Source of the DNA: a virus | Lineage: Duplodnaviria; Heunggongvirae; Uroviricota; Caudoviricetes | IMG/VR virus record: IMGVR_UViG_2648501787_000007 | Strand: one strand, 5' to 3' | Length of the DNA: 32,944 bases | In this document: in pieces, positions 31,013 to 32,944 of the stretch | Position numbering within the stretch: position 1 is the first letter of the stretch | Layout of the letters: every line of letters starts with the position of its first letter | Translations under genes and position numbers: made by a program | The notes under the pieces: model-generated | What the model was told of the DNA's origin: nothing | Seen by the model: the letters and a program-made list of their open reading frames with translations, nothing else | The model's database searches: none

Positions 31013-31519
31013 ATGAAATCGAACATCATCCACCTTATTGGTATGTTGGTCTTCTATGTTGCTGGTTACTTTTTGTTCAAGTCAGCATTGGGCTATATTA
31101 CACCGGGTGTTGTCCTAACAGCTCCGTGGGCTGTGGTTGGACTCATGCAATTGCCATTATCATATTGTATACAAGCCATTTTTAAGGCAAATGAGGCCAA
31201 TGACCACTCGTCTTTAACCCCTAGTGAGGTTAGGCGATTAGTGCCAATAGTCAAATCCAAGAGACTGAAATTGGTTTTATTATTAGCTTTCTATGTATTT
31301 TCAACTTTGTTTGTAATCTTGGGGTTAATAGCAAGCACAAATGATCAAGCCCTACTCTTCAGGGTCTTAAAAATTTCAGGTGGATTACTCTTTATTTCTC
31401 TCTATACCAGTGTATTCGTTCATAAAATAATGGTTGAGCTTCAAGAGTTTAAAGCGTTATTAAACCGAAGAGAATCAGAGAAGAAGGAAAGAGAGTCACT
31501 CCTTGATAGATTAAAATGA
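31013..31519 (+). CDS. Hypothetical 4-TM membrane protein in the rexB position
   Basis: 168-aa ORF with four hydrophobic segments and a charged C-terminal tail (RRESEKKERESLLDRLK); strong AGGAGG Shine-Dalgarno; 21 nt after the preceding ORF. Confidence 0.65.
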   Translation: MKSNIIHLIGMLVFYVAGYFLFKSALGYITPGVVLTAPWAVVGLMQLPLSYCIQAIFKANEANDHSSLTPSEVRRLVPIVKSKRLKLVLLLAFYVFSTLFVILGLIASTNDQALLFRVLKISGGLLFISLYTSVFVHKIMVELQEFKALLNRRESEKKERESLLDRLK

Positions 31520-31527
31520 CCCCCCTC

Positions 31528-31554
31528 CCCGGCCGTCGTGCCGGGTTTTCTTTT
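31528..31554 (+). terminator. Intrinsic terminator ending the cI/rex-like operon (CCCGGC-CGTCGT-GCCGGG followed by TTTTCTTTT)
   Basis: GC-rich hairpin plus T-tract 9 nt after the stop of the membrane-protein gene. Confidence 0.7.
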
Positions 31555-31639
31555 GCCTCCCCTCATCACACACCGTTCAAAAAACCACCATGCCCCTGCT
31601 TCAGTTATCGCTATGCGATGCAAGTCACAAAATTAATTC

Positions 31640-31721
31640 TTTTTGCTATCAAACATTTAATATCAAAACACATCAGTCAATAGCAATAAGTATTGATATC
31701 ACCAATAGCAATAGCTATTAT
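31640..31721 (+). promoter_or_regulatory. OL/pL-like region: -35 TTGATA (31693-31698), 17-bp spacer, -10 TATTAT (31716-31721), with CAATAGCAAT operator repeats at about 31678 and 31703 and an inverted TTGCTAT at about 31643
   Basis: Read directly; the operator core is the same as in the OR-like region. Confidence 0.5.
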
Positions 31722-31797
31722 CATCATATCGCAACAACACAACGATACGGCAACCACCTGATTCACCGTTGCGATGACCGCTTAGATCCGTAGCTTG

Positions 31798-31868
31798 AAT
31801 TTCAGCAGGCTCCGGGAAGTGCGAGGGGTGAAGCGGACGCGTGAACGTCGGTGTGACCAGCTGAAATT
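31798..31868 (+). promoter_or_regulatory. Structured RNA element downstream of the pL-like promoter (9-bp closing stem AATTTCAGC/GCTGAAATT enclosing a GC-rich 53-nt core); possible antitermination or terminator element
   Basis: Inverted repeat read directly; internal GACG-CGTGAA-CGTC hairpin; about 75 nt downstream of the -10. Confidence 0.3.
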
Positions 31869-31914
31869 AACTCAACATTTCATACCTCAGTCGCTTCAAC
31901 GAGGCGGCTTAGTT

Positions 31915-32205
31915 ATGACAACCGGCGGCCATCCACCGCCTGAATACGCGCAGAAGTCTTTATATGTTCAGCAGCCCAGCTTACGGGCAGGAGTTTTTAT
32001 GGTTCATCAACATTACGGAACGCAGACCGTTAATCGCGGTGCGGTCATGCCAGGAATGCTGGTCAAACACAAAGATGGTACCTGGACAGCATCAGCTAAT
32101 TTACGCGGACGGCTATATCTGCATCGCGGCATCGAGCGCACTTATACCCGTGATTTGCTCGTGGAAGTTTTTCTCGACGGACGAGGCAACGGCCTGAATC
32201 ACTAA
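31915..32205 (+). CDS. Hypothetical early protein immediately upstream of gam (possible Kil-like host-killing protein)
   Basis: ATG at 31915 preceded by GAGG; MTTGGHPPPEYAQKSLYVQQ...TWTASANLRGRLYLH...; the ORF track starts at TTG 31795 with an Arg-rich extension that crosses the hairpin element; the Kil resemblance is from uncertain recall. Confidence 0.3.
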   Translation: MTTGGHPPPEYAQKSLYVQQPSLRAGVFMVHQHYGTQTVNRGAVMPGMLVKHKDGTWTASANLRGRLYLHRGIERTYTRDLLVEVFLDGRGNGLNH

Positions 32206-32280
32206 TCCCCTTTCCTGTTTTCCTAATCAGCCTGGCATTTCGCGGGCGATATTTTCACAGCCATTTTCAGGAGTTCAGCC

Positions 32281-32577
32281 ATGAACGCTTATTACATTCA
32301 GGATCGTCTTGAGGCTCAGAGCTGGGCGCGTCACTACCAGCAGATTGCCCGTGAAGAGAAAGAGGCAGAACTGGCAGACGACATGGAAAAAGGTCTTCCA
32401 CAGCACCTGTTTGAATCACTCTGCATCGATCATTTGCAACGCCACGGGGCCAGCAAAAAAGCCATTACCCGTGCATTTGATGACGATGTTGAGTTTCAGG
32501 AGCGCATGGCAGAACACATCCGGTACATGGTTGAAACCATTGCTCACCATCAGGTTGATATTGATTCAGAGGTATAA
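32281..32577 (+). CDS. gam: Gam (GamS form), RecBCD inhibitor
   Basis: 98-aa [63 protein letters not shown]..., near-identical to lambda GamS. Confidence 0.92.
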   Translation: MNAYYIQDRLEAQSWARHYQQIAREEKEAELADDMEKGLPQHLFESLCIDHLQRHGASKKAITRAFDDDVEFQERMAEHIRYMVETIAHHQVDIDSEV

Positions 32578-32582
32578 AACGG

Positions 32583-32944
32583 ATGAGTACAGCACTCGCA
32601 ACGCTGGCAGGGAAGCTGGCTGAACGTGTCGGCATGGATTCTGTCGACCCACAGGAACTGATCACCACTCTTCGCCAGACGGCATTTAAAGGCGATGCCA
32701 GCGATGCGCAGTTCATCGCATTGTTGATCGTCGCCAACCAGTACGGCCTTAATCCGTGGACGAAAGAAATTTACGCCTTCCCTGATAAGCAGAACGGCAT
32801 CGTTCCGGTGGTGGGCGTTGATGGCTGGTCCCGCATCATCAATGAAAACCAGCAGTTTGATGGCATGGACTTTGAGCAGGACAATGAATCCTGTACATGC
32901 CGGATTTACCGCAAGGACCGTAATCATCCGATCTGCGTTACCGA
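32583..32944 (+). CDS. bet: Bet (Red-beta single-strand annealing recombinase), N-terminal 120 codons; continues beyond the window end
   Basis: ATG at 32583; MSTALATLAGKLAERVGMDSVDPQELITTLRQTAFKGDASDAQFIALLIVANQYGLNPWTKEIYAFPDKQNG..., near-identical to lambda Bet; not in the ORF track because truncated. Confidence 0.95.
   Translation, partial: MSTALATLAGKLAERVGMDSVDPQELITTLRQTAFKGDASDAQFIALLIVANQYGLNPWTKEIYAFPDKQNGIVPVVGVDGWSRIINENQQFDGMDFEQDNESCTCRIYRKDRNHPICVT

Noticed and set aside
31795-31914. Arg-rich N-terminal extension (MNFSRLREVRGVKRTRERR...) as an N-like arginine-rich motif
   Set aside because: It starts at TTG and is encoded by the GC-rich hairpin element itself; a good ATG with Shine-Dalgarno occurs at 31915, so the Arg-rich peptide is more likely a translation artefact, though an N-like ARM cannot be fully excluded

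Overview
This window is a lambda-like (lambdoid) prophage or phage genome segment, read almost entirely on the minus strand. It runs from inside tail gene J, through the lambda tail and head genes, terminase and cos, then lysis, a Q-like antiterminator, a DLP12-type nin region, replication genes P and O, a Rac-type immunity region, and ends in gam and the start of bet. All identifications are by recall of protein sequences and motifs; no database search was run, and non-ORF coordinates are good to about 2 nt. The structural block is near-identical to lambda, while the regulatory modules are mosaic and no N gene is recognisable. Four visibly AT-rich cargo islands sit at classic moron positions. 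The two best candidates for an undescribed system are (1) a translationally coupled metallophosphoesterase plus HAD-phosphatase pair between P and the nin genes (24099-26578), and (2) a two-gene cassette downstream of cI in the rexA/rexB position (30148-31519), whose first gene looks split by a frameshift in a T5 run. The other two islands are a cos-proximal trio of small ORFs, two with membrane-protein features (17233-18558), and a DUF3800-like gene antisense to the late leader (20392-21195).
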